From a virus (Duplodnaviria > Caudoviricetes): 64,000 nt of DNA. The notes beneath the pieces were generated by a model. It was not told the DNA's origin. It made no database searches and saw only the letters and a list, made by a program, of their open reading frames with translations. The position numbers and the translations under genes are program-made. Below, one piece after another: positions 37,004 through 45,707 of this stretch. The stretch spans positions 1,907-65,906 of the IMG/VR virus record IMGVR_UViG_3300027857_000006. One strand, given 5' to 3'. Position 1 is the first letter of the stretch, and each line of letters begins with the position of its first letter.

Positions 37004-37576
37004 CTAGTACTTCCCGCGCGAATCGCAGGCGTCGGCGTACTGCATCCCGCTCCCGAAGGCCGGTGCTCCGTTAGTCAGCGCAAAGTAGACCGACGACAAC
37101 AGGTTAGACGGGTTCGTTAGCACCTCGATACCCCACACCTTGGCCGACGTCAGCGGGTTTACCGTAGTGATCGTCATGTCCGTGTAGGTGGCGTTGGTTG
37201 TACTCGGCACGGTGATCGTCAGCGTGTTGGCGTCGGCTGCGGTCACAGCGCTAAAGGTCCCGTTAAGGGTCGTGGTTGCTGATCCGGTGATCACAAGCCT
37301 GGCTCCAACGTAGAGCTTGTGCCCGGTCGCGGTAATAGTCGCCGTGGTGTTACCGGTGACCACGATGTTGGTGAGGTTGCCGGCCGCTACCGAGTAGGTC
37401 GTGGTGGGCTGGATGGCCTTAGCGGCGCAGATGTACTGGAGATTATTGGACCCATCGTAAAATAGCAGCTTTACCCACGGCTCGTTGGGAAGGGCCGCAA
37501 CCTGGTTTGTGCTCTGGCCAGACTGAGTCCAGCCAAGAGACGCCGCGAGTCCGGCTAGCAGCAGTAGTTTCTTCAT
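37004..37576 (-). CDS. Signal-peptide structural protein
   Basis: MKKLLLLAGLAASLGW leader; ATITATGH.L.VG insert. Confidence 0.65.
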   Translation of the reverse strand: MKKLLLLAGLAASLGWTQSGQSTNQVAALPNEPWVKLLFYDGSNNLQYICAAKAIQPTTTYSVAAGNLTNIVVTGNTTATITATGHKLYVGARLVITGSATTTLNGTFSAVTAADANTLTITVPSTTNATYTDMTITTVNPLTSAKVWGIEVLTNPSNLLSSVYFALTNGAPAFGSGMQYADACDSRGKY

Positions 37577-37591
37577 ACTTAGCCGAACTCC

Positions 37592-37984
37592 CTACGCCGG
37601 GATCAGTTCAACGGTTGCGATGCAATCGGCCAGAGCCGTCAGGGTACCCTGAAGCTGGTAGCTTAGGCAGTCACCAACGCCGATGTTGAGAACCGCACCT
37701 GTAGCCAGGGTCTGGGCCGTGGGCGTGTTAACCGTCAGCGCGTGAAGATCCTGGGCCGCGCTAAGGATAGACGAACCGGCACCGGGTGCCTGCGCGATGT
37801 CGTGGAAGATGTTGATGGTTGCACCGCTGCCACCCTGAGCGCTGATGGTGACCGAGGCACCCTTGACCGTGTAGGCCCGGTTGGCCGGCCCGAAGAACGT
37901 GTGCGCCGTGGTGCCGCTGCTAGCCCCCAGGTTCGGGGTCGTCTCGTCGAAGGTTTGTCCTACGCTTGTTTGTACTTGCGACAT
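37592..37984 (-). CDS. Small beta-sandwich virion protein
   Basis: AAAGGA RBS; late operon. Confidence 0.6.
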   Translation of the reverse strand: MSQVQTSVGQTFDETTPNLGASSGTTAHTFFGPANRAYTVKGASVTISAQGGSGATINIFHDIAQAPGAGSSILSAAQDLHALTVNTPTAQTLATGAVLNIGVGDCLSYQLQGTLTALADCIATVELIPA

Positions 37985-38002
37985 GATTTAAATAGTCCTT
38001 TC

Positions 38003-38293
38003 CTAGAAAGCCACTAGATCGAGAAACTGCCCGGCGGTCGGCGTGATGGAACCGCTGGTCCCATTGAACCAGGTAACCTCCAGCGTGTTGGCCGCGCTGA
38101 CCCGCGAGTGCAGCAGCACGATTCCGGCCTGGGTGATCTGCTGGTGCGTCAGTGTGATCATGTCGGTTTGGAGCCCGTTCACCGTGTACGTCTCGACCGA
38201 GAGACTGTTGGCGTTGATTAACGCCGGGGATACGGTAACCGTTTGAAAAAGTCGTGGGGTAACCGAACCCACGCGAAGACCGTTGTTAGCCAT
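38003..38293 (-). CDS. Small virion protein, first gene of the late operon
   Basis: AGGAG RBS; RVSAANTL.V...N motif. Confidence 0.65.
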   Translation of the reverse strand: MANNGLRVGSVTPRLFQTVTVSPALINANSLSVETYTVNGLQTDMITLTHQQITQAGIVLLHSRVSAANTLEVTWFNGTSGSITPTAGQFLDLVAF

Positions 38294-38312
38294 AGTTGCC
38301 TGGAACTCCTGT

Positions 38313-38327
38313 CGTTGGTAATTGTAG
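38313..38327 (-). promoter_or_regulatory. Putative late promoter CTACAATTACCAACG
   Basis: Copy of the conserved 15-mer at the head of the - strand module. Confidence 0.7.
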
Positions 38328-38334
38328 CGTTCCC

Positions 38335-38363
38335 TTGACGACCGCCCGGTGTGGTGCTACACT
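38335..38363 (+). promoter_or_regulatory. Sigma70 promoter TTGACG-N17-(TGc)TACACT, leaderless
   Basis: Near-consensus elements; ATG 6 nt downstream. Confidence 0.7.
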
Positions 38364-38369
38364 TCGGCT

Positions 38370-38696
38370 ATGAGAATCGCCACCAGAGGCCGGCTAGCGA
38401 TCGGCCTACTCGCTCTGCTCGCTACCGCCGTCGCCTTCCAGGGAGGGCCGCCCATCCCACCTACCGACGATCCGACGCACCCCGGCCAACCGTCCTGGTG
38501 CCAGAACACGGACGGAGGCGGTTTCGTCCACAACTGCTCCTGCAAGCCGTCCTCGATGGCCGACCCGTCCTGCCAGCGCCCCGAGGGTGACCAGGCCAAC
38601 CCAGACGAGGGTGGTCGTACCGAGGCCTCCAAGTGCAGCGTCTACTGTCGACCTAAAGCCTGCCGCTGCAAGCGCTCTTGCGAGCACACGCGATGA
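38370..38696 (+). CDS. Secreted cysteine-rich protein
   Basis: Signal peptide; many Cys in a short mature chain. Confidence 0.65.
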   Translation: MRIATRGRLAIGLLALLATAVAFQGGPPIPPTDDPTHPGQPSWCQNTDGGGFVHNCSCKPSSMADPSCQRPEGDQANPDEGGRTEASKCSVYCRPKACRCKRSCEHTR

Positions 38697-39280
38697 ACCA
38701 CTGGTTTACGGCTGACACGCACCTTGGTCACGGACGGATCATCGAGTACTGTAAGCGTCCCTTCTTCAACTCTGAAGAGATGGAGGAGGTGACCCTACAT
38801 CGCTTCAACGAGGTCCTGCGCCCTGGAGATACCCTGTTTCACCTCGGGGACATCGCCTGGTCTTCATACCCGCTGGAGCGATTCTTTAGCCGACTGCGCA
38901 CTAAGCAGGTACAGCTCATCCTCGGCAACCACGACCGCAAGAAGCATAGCGAGTACAGTAAGCACTGTACCTGGGTCGGCGACCTCAAGGGCGTGACGCT
39001 GCCCGGCGGCTACGCGGTTCTCTGCCACTACCCGCTGCGCTCGTGGAACCGTAAAGGCCACGGGTCCGTCCACCTCTATGGGCACGTCCACGGAAACCTG
39101 CCGGGCCACGACCGGTCGCTCGATGTCGGTGTCGACACGAAGAACTTCTACCCGTGGCACTGGGACGAAATTCGGGATCGCTTAAAGGACGTCCCGTTGT
39201 TCTCGGACCGGGACCCGGATCACCATACACCTAGTATAGGTGTAAACGTGTCATCCAGAGGCTCCTCTGACCTAGTGTAG
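38693..39280 (+). CDS. Calcineurin-like metallophosphoesterase
   Basis: DTHLGH, HLGD, GNHD, LCHYP, GHVH, DVGVD motifs. Confidence 0.92.
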   Translation: MNHWFTADTHLGHGRIIEYCKRPFFNSEEMEEVTLHRFNEVLRPGDTLFHLGDIAWSSYPLERFFSRLRTKQVQLILGNHDRKKHSEYSKHCTWVGDLKGVTLPGGYAVLCHYPLRSWNRKGHGSVHLYGHVHGNLPGHDRSLDVGVDTKNFYPWHWDEIRDRLKDVPLFSDRDPDHHTPSIGVNVSSRGSSDLV

Positions 39281-39304
39281 TAATAGTCTATAGTATATAG
39301 TCCA

Positions 39305-39709
39305 ATGCAACCAACACTTCGTGAACTAGCGGCAACCCACCGGGTGGCTATCAAACGCAACCCGGGCGACGGAAGCGACCTCGGCTGCGAGGTCGTCCGT
39401 GGCAAGAACGGTCACCTGTCCCAGGACGGGTCTAGGCTACTCTTCGTCTTTACCGACGACGGAAGAAAGACACTGCTTACTCCAATGAAGAAGGGATTCA
39501 GCTTTTCCGCCATCAAACCCTACATCAAGTCCCTGCGACAAGATGGCGACACCGAGTTCATCGCTGAGATTGACCAATCCGGCTTTGAAAAGGCGCTGAA
39601 GGTACTTGGCGTGAAGAGATTGCGGGCTGCTGCTGGTGTCCCGGTAACCGATCCGGTAAAGCTTGAGGCTTTACGGGCCAGGATGTCTGTGGCTAGATCT
39701 AGACGATAA
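39305..39709 (+). CDS. Hypothetical protein
   Basis: AT-rich promoter-like region immediately upstream. Confidence 0.6.
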   Translation: MQPTLRELAATHRVAIKRNPGDGSDLGCEVVRGKNGHLSQDGSRLLFVFTDDGRKTLLTPMKKGFSFSAIKPYIKSLRQDGDTEFIAEIDQSGFEKALKVLGVKRLRAAAGVPVTDPVKLEALRARMSVARSRR

Positions 39710-39713
39710 GCTT

Positions 39714-40211
39714 ATGGCCGCCATTGCATCGCCGGCACCCGGGTGGCACTCGACATCCTCCCGGTGGGTTCCGATTGATTTTAGCCCTGGAAGGTGGGCT
39801 GCTGCTAAAGCGGTCGAGCCGGCCTCCCCTCACTGGGTCGACCGGACCCACGACGGGAAGCTCGACGCCGACCGGTGCGACTGGTGCCGGGGACCGCTGC
39901 CGCCCGGCAAGATCCACGAGATCAACGGCTTGTGTTCGTTAGCTTGTGCTCGTCTATCGGCCGGACTGACGGTCGACCCGGGACCCGTGGCAAACGACCA
40001 CCGGGTTTGCAACTACTGCGGTATCCCTAAGCACGTCAACGACATGGCTAGGACAAAGGGTAGGACCGGGCTTTACTACGCGATCTCGACCTGCAAGTCG
40101 TGCAAGCGTTCCAGGAACGTGGTTCTGTCGCGGGAGGCCAAGGCGCGGAGGGCGTTAGCGGGGGCCCTAACGCCTGAGCGAAGCGAAGGCGGCGGGTCGG
40201 TAAACTGTTGA
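39714..40211 (+). CDS. Zn-finger protein
   Basis: CDWC, CSLAC, CNYC, CKSC pairs. Confidence 0.5.
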   Translation: MAAIASPAPGWHSTSSRWVPIDFSPGRWAAAKAVEPASPHWVDRTHDGKLDADRCDWCRGPLPPGKIHEINGLCSLACARLSAGLTVDPGPVANDHRVCNYCGIPKHVNDMARTKGRTGLYYAISTCKSCKRSRNVVLSREAKARRALAGALTPERSEGGGSVNC

Positions 40212-40224
40212 AAGCAATGGACTA

Positions 40225-40848
40225 GTGAGTAACTACCGGCTGTGTCCCAAGTGCGGAAACCACGTCGACGAGCGTTGGATTATGCCGTGCCCGCAGTGTT
40301 ACGACCTTGCGGTGCAACGGGAGCCGCTGCGGGCGCTAGGTCCCAAGGCCGGGCCGTGTCCGACGTGCGGCTGGACCTGGAACCCGGCTGGTTGCGACCG
40401 TTGCCTTTCCTGCAACTCGTTGTATCCAGGAACCAGAGTTGGTCCAGAAAGCCACTTCCGTCACGGTCGTCAGGCTACGGTGCCTTTACCCTTACCGGGC
40501 GGTGTTGGCTTATTCGCTACCCCTGGCGAGCGCAGCGAGCAACCCGACCTGCTGTGGGATGACCGGGACGTATCGTGGGTGGACCCGCCGGCCGCCGACA
40601 CGGTGTCGTCTACGCTGGCGTCGCTGGTGGCCGCGTACTTCGACAAGAAGCTACGCGACGTGCTGGCTAAGAAGTTTGTTTTCAGCGACTACGCTGCCGA
40701 CAAGGTTCCCTAGTACGGCGGCACGGTGGTCTTCGGTACGCCGGTGCGCCTGGCGTGGAGCTGCTCGCGGTGCGGGGTTGCGTCGGCGTTGGCCCAGCCG
40801 ACCCTCTCCAACTCCGAGGGGTTGTGCGCGACGTGTGGCGGCGCGTAG
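40225..40848 (+). CDS. Multi-Zn-finger protein with an MCP-like segment; internal TAG at 40711-40713
   Basis: Four CxxC pairs, then a capsid-like segment whose similarity continues past the TAG. Confidence 0.45.
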
Positions 40849-41059
40849 CGCCGAGTGGACCCAAGTTATTGAAACGACGCGGGAAGGGGACCCGACCGGA
40901 CGCTTGCGCGTCCGCGTCCGACCCGCAGCAGCCCGCTCCAGCCGAAAGGCCCTGCCACCCCCGGTCACCCGCCAGGGACCCGCGGTTTCGGACAAGCCGG
41001 TCTCTTTACCCGCTGGTCCTAAAAAGCAAAACGGACTAGCGGGTCTCAATATCCCGTAG

Positions 41060-41830
41060 TCCGTAGTCAATAGCGTAGTCCTAGGTCTTAAACTAGGACA
41101 TGACACGCGCGCGCGACCCCTGCCGGGTGTTTCGGTTCTGGCGGTCCGGTTCTCCTGGTCGCCGTAGAGCGGACTAGAAGCTCCTTTACTCCCCTGCACT
41201 AGTAGTTGTAGCATACGTTTCTCTTAAGAGCTTAAACTCTTGAATAGAAAGATAGCTGTTGCCGGTTTGAAACGGAGTTTTGGGTCGGGAGGTGTGGTGG
41301 GCCAGACTAAATCGGATAAACCACTCCCTTAACCATGTAGCCATCCTACACCCTTCTACTACTACGCCCCACGTAGCAGTGAACCGCTGTCAACACCCGC
41401 GACAGGTGTAGCAGCTTAACCGCGACAGTCGTAACAGGATGCAAGCGTCCTGAAAGAAAATGTAACAACACTGCCGCGTCATTTCGTTACATTTTCCTTG
41501 CATTTTCATTGCACACACGTTTATGGCCAATCCCCTAGGTTGCGTTGTAACGGGTGGAGCGTCAACTTGCACGGTCTTCTTGACCGACGCAACCACGGGG
41601 TTCTAAACGTCAACACCGGGCGGAAGTTTAAGATCTGCAACTCCTACATAAACCTGTGGAAAAGCGTCCTGTATCGGGTGTTTTCCCGATATTCAATCCA
41701 CTGGTTTCGATTGATACTCGGTCATGGCCGATTTTCTAGCGGTACTCGGTTTGGAAGCTTTTTGGTTGCTGGCTTGCTTTGCTGGCTTGCGGCTAGGACT
41801 TTGGTTGATGAATCGTGACTAGGAGAACAC
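41060..41830. promoter_or_regulatory. ORF-poor control region (possible genome end or origin)
   Basis: AT-richer; short repeats GTAGTC/GGACTA, GTAAC, GTCAAC; precedes the early genes. Confidence 0.45.
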
Positions 41831-41833
41831 ACT

Positions 41834-42118
41834 ATGAACAACGAACGTGAACGTTTAACGGAACTGCTGGAACGGGCACAGGAAGAACACCTTGCTGCCT
41901 TTGAAGCTAACCGCAACGCGGGTACGCCGTGGGCTACCTTCTTTGCATCCTACTTGCTAGGACACGGGGTTGCCCTTGTGAACCGTGAAGATGTTGCCGA
42001 TTGGGTGGGCTTGACCGTGGCCCAAAACAAGCTGCAAGCCTCACTGGTACGTCAACATGGCGTGCCACGGGTGGATGACTACATGATGCCCGAGACCGAG
42101 GGGGTGATGCCGTGCTAG
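41834..42118 (+). CDS. Early hypothetical protein
   Basis: AGGAG RBS. Confidence 0.65.
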   Translation: MNNERERLTELLERAQEEHLAAFEANRNAGTPWATFFASYLLGHGVALVNREDVADWVGLTVAQNKLQASLVRQHGVPRVDDYMMPETEGVMPC

Positions 42119-42173
42119 TCGTCCTACTGGCGGTCTTTGTGGTGCTAACCGTGCTTAACGAAAGGGGGAGACT

Positions 42174-42554
42174 ATGACGCATACGCTTGCACGCTTCAGG
42201 CAGACGGCCGTCGGCTCCTTCGCTACTTACGGCCGTCCGGGTACACCGCACTGTGGCCCGAAGACGGGCTTTACTCCGCAACGTCAAACCTTGGGTTACA
42301 GCCTTGAGATAGTCTATCGCGCTAGCGCTCTGGACACCGACGGGTTTTTGCTTGACAACACGTGGTTTCGAAGCTACTTCGAAGCTTTCTCCGCTTCACA
42401 GGTTGCAATCTCATGTGAAAAGCTGGCCTGTGTCATCGCGCAAGACCTTTGCCGTTCACTAGGCTCTAGGCTCTGTGCCTGCGAGTCCGTTACCGTGGTC
42501 CTGGAACCGTTACCAGGGGTTACCGTGTCGTGTACCTACGTGGGGGTGGAGTAA
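42174..42554 (+). CDS. Divergent QueD/PTPS-like T-fold protein
   Basis: Y.LEI....LD..GFLLD...SCEKLA..I...V.V.LE pattern. Confidence 0.5.
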   Translation: MTHTLARFRQTAVGSFATYGRPGTPHCGPKTGFTPQRQTLGYSLEIVYRASALDTDGFLLDNTWFRSYFEAFSASQVAISCEKLACVIAQDLCRSLGSRLCACESVTVVLEPLPGVTVSCTYVGVE

Positions 42555-43009
42555 TGGCACTAAGCCCGTTTGACTACACCAGTGAGGGGATTGAAGAGCT
42601 TGTTGCCAAAGTGGCGCAACGTGTTGGTGTCTCTAAACCCGCCGTTGTCGTGTTTCCACCATGGCAGAGCGACGTTTCACCCGTTGCCGCAAGCTACAGT
42701 GACAAGATTGACGCGTACCGGGTTGAGGTTTACACGTCGCGTCTTGACGCGTTCCAGAACCAAGAGCAGTTTGAAGCCGGTATCGCCCACGAGTTAGGGC
42801 ACATCACTTTGGATCACAGCAAAAAGGCGCTTGAGGTAACCCGCCGTCATGAAACGGAAGCGGACGTCTTTGCAGCACGCCATGGCTACGCTGAGGCGTT
42901 GGAAAGCTACTTCGCTTCGAACGGCGCTAACTTTGACCCGAACGATAAGACACACCCGAATCCGGCCGCCCGGGTACGGTCTATCAAGCGCGCCATTGGT
43001 TCGGTTTAA
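42554..43009 (+). CDS. M48-like zinc metallopeptidase
   Basis: AHELGH, E.EAD.FA, THP....R motifs. Confidence 0.8.
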   Translation: MALSPFDYTSEGIEELVAKVAQRVGVSKPAVVVFPPWQSDVSPVAASYSDKIDAYRVEVYTSRLDAFQNQEQFEAGIAHELGHITLDHSKKALEVTRRHETEADVFAARHGYAEALESYFASNGANFDPNDKTHPNPAARVRSIKRAIGSV

Positions 43010-43096
43010 TCGCAGAGTACACGGGCGCAAGCCCGTGCAATGCGGCCGTACGGTTACAAGCCCGTACAAAACCAAACCGCGTTACCGGGAGTGACT

Positions 43097-43279
43097 ATGC
43101 ACGTATGGTCTAGTTGGTACGACGCCTTAACGTGGTGTCGCCAAAACGCTACCGAGGATATCATGGTGCTTACGTCCGATTGGGACGCGCACGTTTCTAT
43201 CCTCAAGTACAACCACTGGCAGTCCAGTTTTTTCTATGCTGGTGAGTACCCTACTCCACACTGTGAGGTATGCCGATGA
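43097..43279 (+). CDS. Hypothetical protein
   Basis: GGGAG RBS. Confidence 0.5.
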   Translation: MHVWSSWYDALTWCRQNATEDIMVLTSDWDAHVSILKYNHWQSSFFYAGEYPTPHCEVCR

Positions 43280-43596
43280 AACGGGGTACTTTCTACCTTG
43301 GGCTTCCGAGGTACTTTAGTAAGCGCAAGAAAGCGGCCATCAAGCTTGCCATGGGACGCCTTTACGGTGGCGTCACGTGGCAAGCGGCCGAAGGCGGTTG
43401 GATGAACCCGGAAACCGGACGCTGGATTGATGAACCAGCGGTCGTGGTAACGGTTCTGACTGACCGTACCGCCACCGACCTGGAAACCACGGCCGAATAC
43501 CTGCGCGGTATCCTCGGTCAGTCCGAAGTCTACCTTACGGTTGACTTTACAAGCTTGCACGTGGCACGGGCTAAGGTGGTGAAGCATGGACTATAG
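43270..43596 (+). CDS. DUF3574-like small ferredoxin-fold protein
   Basis: GGVT....EGGW......E...V...L.Q..V pattern. Confidence 0.55.
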   Translation: MPMKRGTFYLGLPRYFSKRKKAAIKLAMGRLYGGVTWQAAEGGWMNPETGRWIDEPAVVVTVLTDRTATDLETTAEYLRGILGQSEVYLTVDFTSLHVARAKVVKHGL

Positions 43597-44104
43597 CGCC
43601 TTGATCCCCACGATAGCGGCTGACTTCGCTAACGCGTTCCACCTACCGGACCATCCGACGTGGGACGCGTACGTAGCGGATACCGAGCGCTTGTTTACCT
43701 ACCTGCTGAACCGAGGTATGAGATTCACCTTAACCGGTGTCGGAAGCCCGTACGCCACCACGGCCGATCTACAGCACGACGTTGCTACCGGACACCTGTA
43801 CGTCTACCGTGACTGTAACCTGATGTCCGATAGTCCACTGGCACGGCCGTCGGCCGTCATGGACGGTTGGAACGTCAACCTAGTGGCACGTGCAGTTCAC
43901 GACGCTAACGGCCATGGACACGGTTTTCCGTTTGAGACGTTCCAAGGTGAGATTGACGCGTACCTTTCTGAGCGTAGCTCCTACAGCGACGCGTCACAAC
44001 CCGCCGTCTATAGTGAAGCGGTCGGTAATCTCTGCTGGTACTACGCTGGTAACGGGTTCTGGAACGGACCACAGGAAAGCAAGGTGCTACCCGTGCGGTT
44101 CTAG
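43586..44104 (+). CDS. Conserved phage protein (RAVHD..GH motif)
   Basis: N.VARAVHD..GH...F....GE..A. Confidence 0.65.
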   Translation: MDYSALIPTIAADFANAFHLPDHPTWDAYVADTERLFTYLLNRGMRFTLTGVGSPYATTADLQHDVATGHLYVYRDCNLMSDSPLARPSAVMDGWNVNLVARAVHDANGHGHGFPFETFQGEIDAYLSERSSYSDASQPAVYSEAVGNLCWYYAGNGFWNGPQESKVLPVRF

Positions 44105-44107
44105 CTC

Positions 44108-44140
44108 ACGTGGGGTAGCCACACGCTACCCCACGTTTTT
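44108..44140 (+). terminator. Intrinsic terminator
   Basis: ACGTGGGGTAGC/GCTACCCCACGT 12-bp stem plus T tract. Confidence 0.85.
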
Positions 44141-44141
44141 C

Positions 44142-44169
44142 TGTAACCTTGCGCCACGGTGGCGCATCC
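44142..44169 (+). promoter_or_regulatory. ECF-like promoter TGTAAC-N16-GCATCC
   Basis: Motif copy directly after the terminator. Confidence 0.6.
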
Positions 44170-44180
44170 AAGGTGGTGTT

Positions 44181-44375
44181 ATGACGCGCGAGTACAGAAC
44201 GATTGTACGGCCGTTACCCGGTAGCGACAGCCGTCTCTGGGATGTTATCGTGGAAACACGTGGTAAAAAGTGGACGGCCGTATTTACTGCGCTGTCTATA
44301 CCGAGGAGTGATCTTGCATCACAGGTTAACAATGCGGCCGGAGTGGTCGTAGCACATGGAGGGTTAAGCCGGTGA
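44181..44375 (+). CDS. Hypothetical protein
   Basis: ATG just after the promoter motif. Confidence 0.55.
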   Translation: MTREYRTIVRPLPGSDSRLWDVIVETRGKKWTAVFTALSIPRSDLASQVNNAAGVVVAHGGLSR

Positions 44376-45031
44376 AACGGAATTACAAGCGGTTAAGCAA
44401 GCGCGTGCTGGTGAACCTGCTACGCGCTTGGGACGCCGCGACACCGGCCGAACGTCACGCGGGTTTGACTTGGTACGCAACGGCGAACGACTATTGCAAC
44501 GACCTAGCGAGACGCTATGGTGTAACGGTAGAACAGGCGGCCGGTGTTGTAGCGGCACTGTCGCCGGGCCTCGCGTGGGAGCTGAACGTCACACAAGCCG
44601 AATACCTGGTAGAAGCTTACGCCCACGGGCGTCGTGGGGTAGAACTCCCGCTGGTTGGCGTCTACGGTAGAAGCAACGTCACCAAGTGCGAGCGTATCCT
44701 CGCTGGGGTAGATCCACTAGAGCTTCTTTCGCCCGTGACCGCGCCTAAAACGCGGGCGTTCTACCGGTGCATCGTAGAACGCGGCACGGGTACCGACGTG
44801 GTTATAGATCGACACGCGGCCAGCGCGGCGCTGGACGCCCGTGGCACCAAGGGAGGCAGCGCGATAGAAGTCGTCAAGCCAGCGCTGTACCGCTGGCTTG
44901 TGTGGCACTACCGGGTCCTAGCAGAACGCGTAGGTATCACTCCGGCGCAGTTTCAGGCCGTGGTTTGGAGCCATTGGCGACAAAGCACACCGGGCCACCC
45001 GGTTGATGACCTAACGGAGGTACCTTTTTGA
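44372..45031 (+). CDS. DUF7178-like protein (HhH glycosylase-like fold)
   Basis: G..WY, AALSP...W..N, K..AF, V.IDRHA, QAVVW motifs. Confidence 0.75.
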   Translation: MKRNYKRLSKRVLVNLLRAWDAATPAERHAGLTWYATANDYCNDLARRYGVTVEQAAGVVAALSPGLAWELNVTQAEYLVEAYAHGRRGVELPLVGVYGRSNVTKCERILAGVDPLELLSPVTAPKTRAFYRCIVERGTGTDVVIDRHAASAALDARGTKGGSAIEVVKPALYRWLVWHYRVLAERVGITPAQFQAVVWSHWRQSTPGHPVDDLTEVPF

Positions 45032-45417
45032 CCAGGACGCAGTACATGCAAGAGATCTTTGAGCCAGGGGCTCTAGCTAAATCGTTAAGGCGAGCTAAAC
45101 AGGCCCTAAAGGTCATCGACTTCGATTCAATCGCCTTCACGGGTAACAGCGGGGCAATCTTTGCTGGTGCTCTAGCGGCAACCATGGGTAAGGGGCTGTT
45201 CCTCGTCCGCAAGCCCGACGATAGCACCCACAGCGACTACAGCGTAGAGGGCGATAGCGGGTTCTTGCGATACCTCTTCGTAGATGACTTTATCTCAACC
45301 GGTGTAAGCAGGGATCGGGTTAAAGAGGCCATGACAGAAGAATTTCCATCAACTACCTACGTTGGTCAGTACATGTACCGGGAAGACCATAGAAGCTATG
45401 GTTTTAAAGGAGTGTAG
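45028..45417 (+). CDS. Type I phosphoribosyltransferase-like protein
   Basis: VRK and FVDDFISTG PRPP-binding motif. Confidence 0.8.
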   Translation: MTRTQYMQEIFEPGALAKSLRRAKQALKVIDFDSIAFTGNSGAIFAGALAATMGKGLFLVRKPDDSTHSDYSVEGDSGFLRYLFVDDFISTGVSRDRVKEAMTEEFPSTTYVGQYMYREDHRSYGFKGV

Positions 45418-45527
45418 TACTTCTTAAACTGCAACCCCGGACCGTACGGCTACCGGACCGGCGCTTTCAGCGTAACTCGTGACGTTGAACTTGTCAAGCG
45501 CCATAGAAAACAAAGGAGTTTTGAAAC

Positions 45528-45707
45528 GTGCATACCTTAACTACAATCGGCTACCTTGGAAGCAAGCGCGCCTACCTCGACCTACCGCTAGACGAGTGTA
45601 TCCGTCGCTGGAAGCTGCATGAAGACACGACCGAGGAGCCGGAAGCGCGTCTCGTAGACACCTTCGAGTTCGTAGACGAGTTCTACACCTACGAGGCCGG
45701 ACAATGA
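45528..45707 (+). CDS. Small hypothetical protein (absent from the ORF track)
   Basis: AAGGAG RBS, GTG start, ATGA coupling to the next gene. Confidence 0.55.
   Translation: MHTLTTIGYLGSKRAYLDLPLDECIRRWKLHEDTTEEPEARLVDTFEFVDEFYTYEAGQ

Noticed and set aside
7235-38246. Numerous + strand ORFs antisense to virion genes
   Set aside because: Shadow ORFs expected in GC-rich DNA; no RBS or motifs, except 11853 and 30380.
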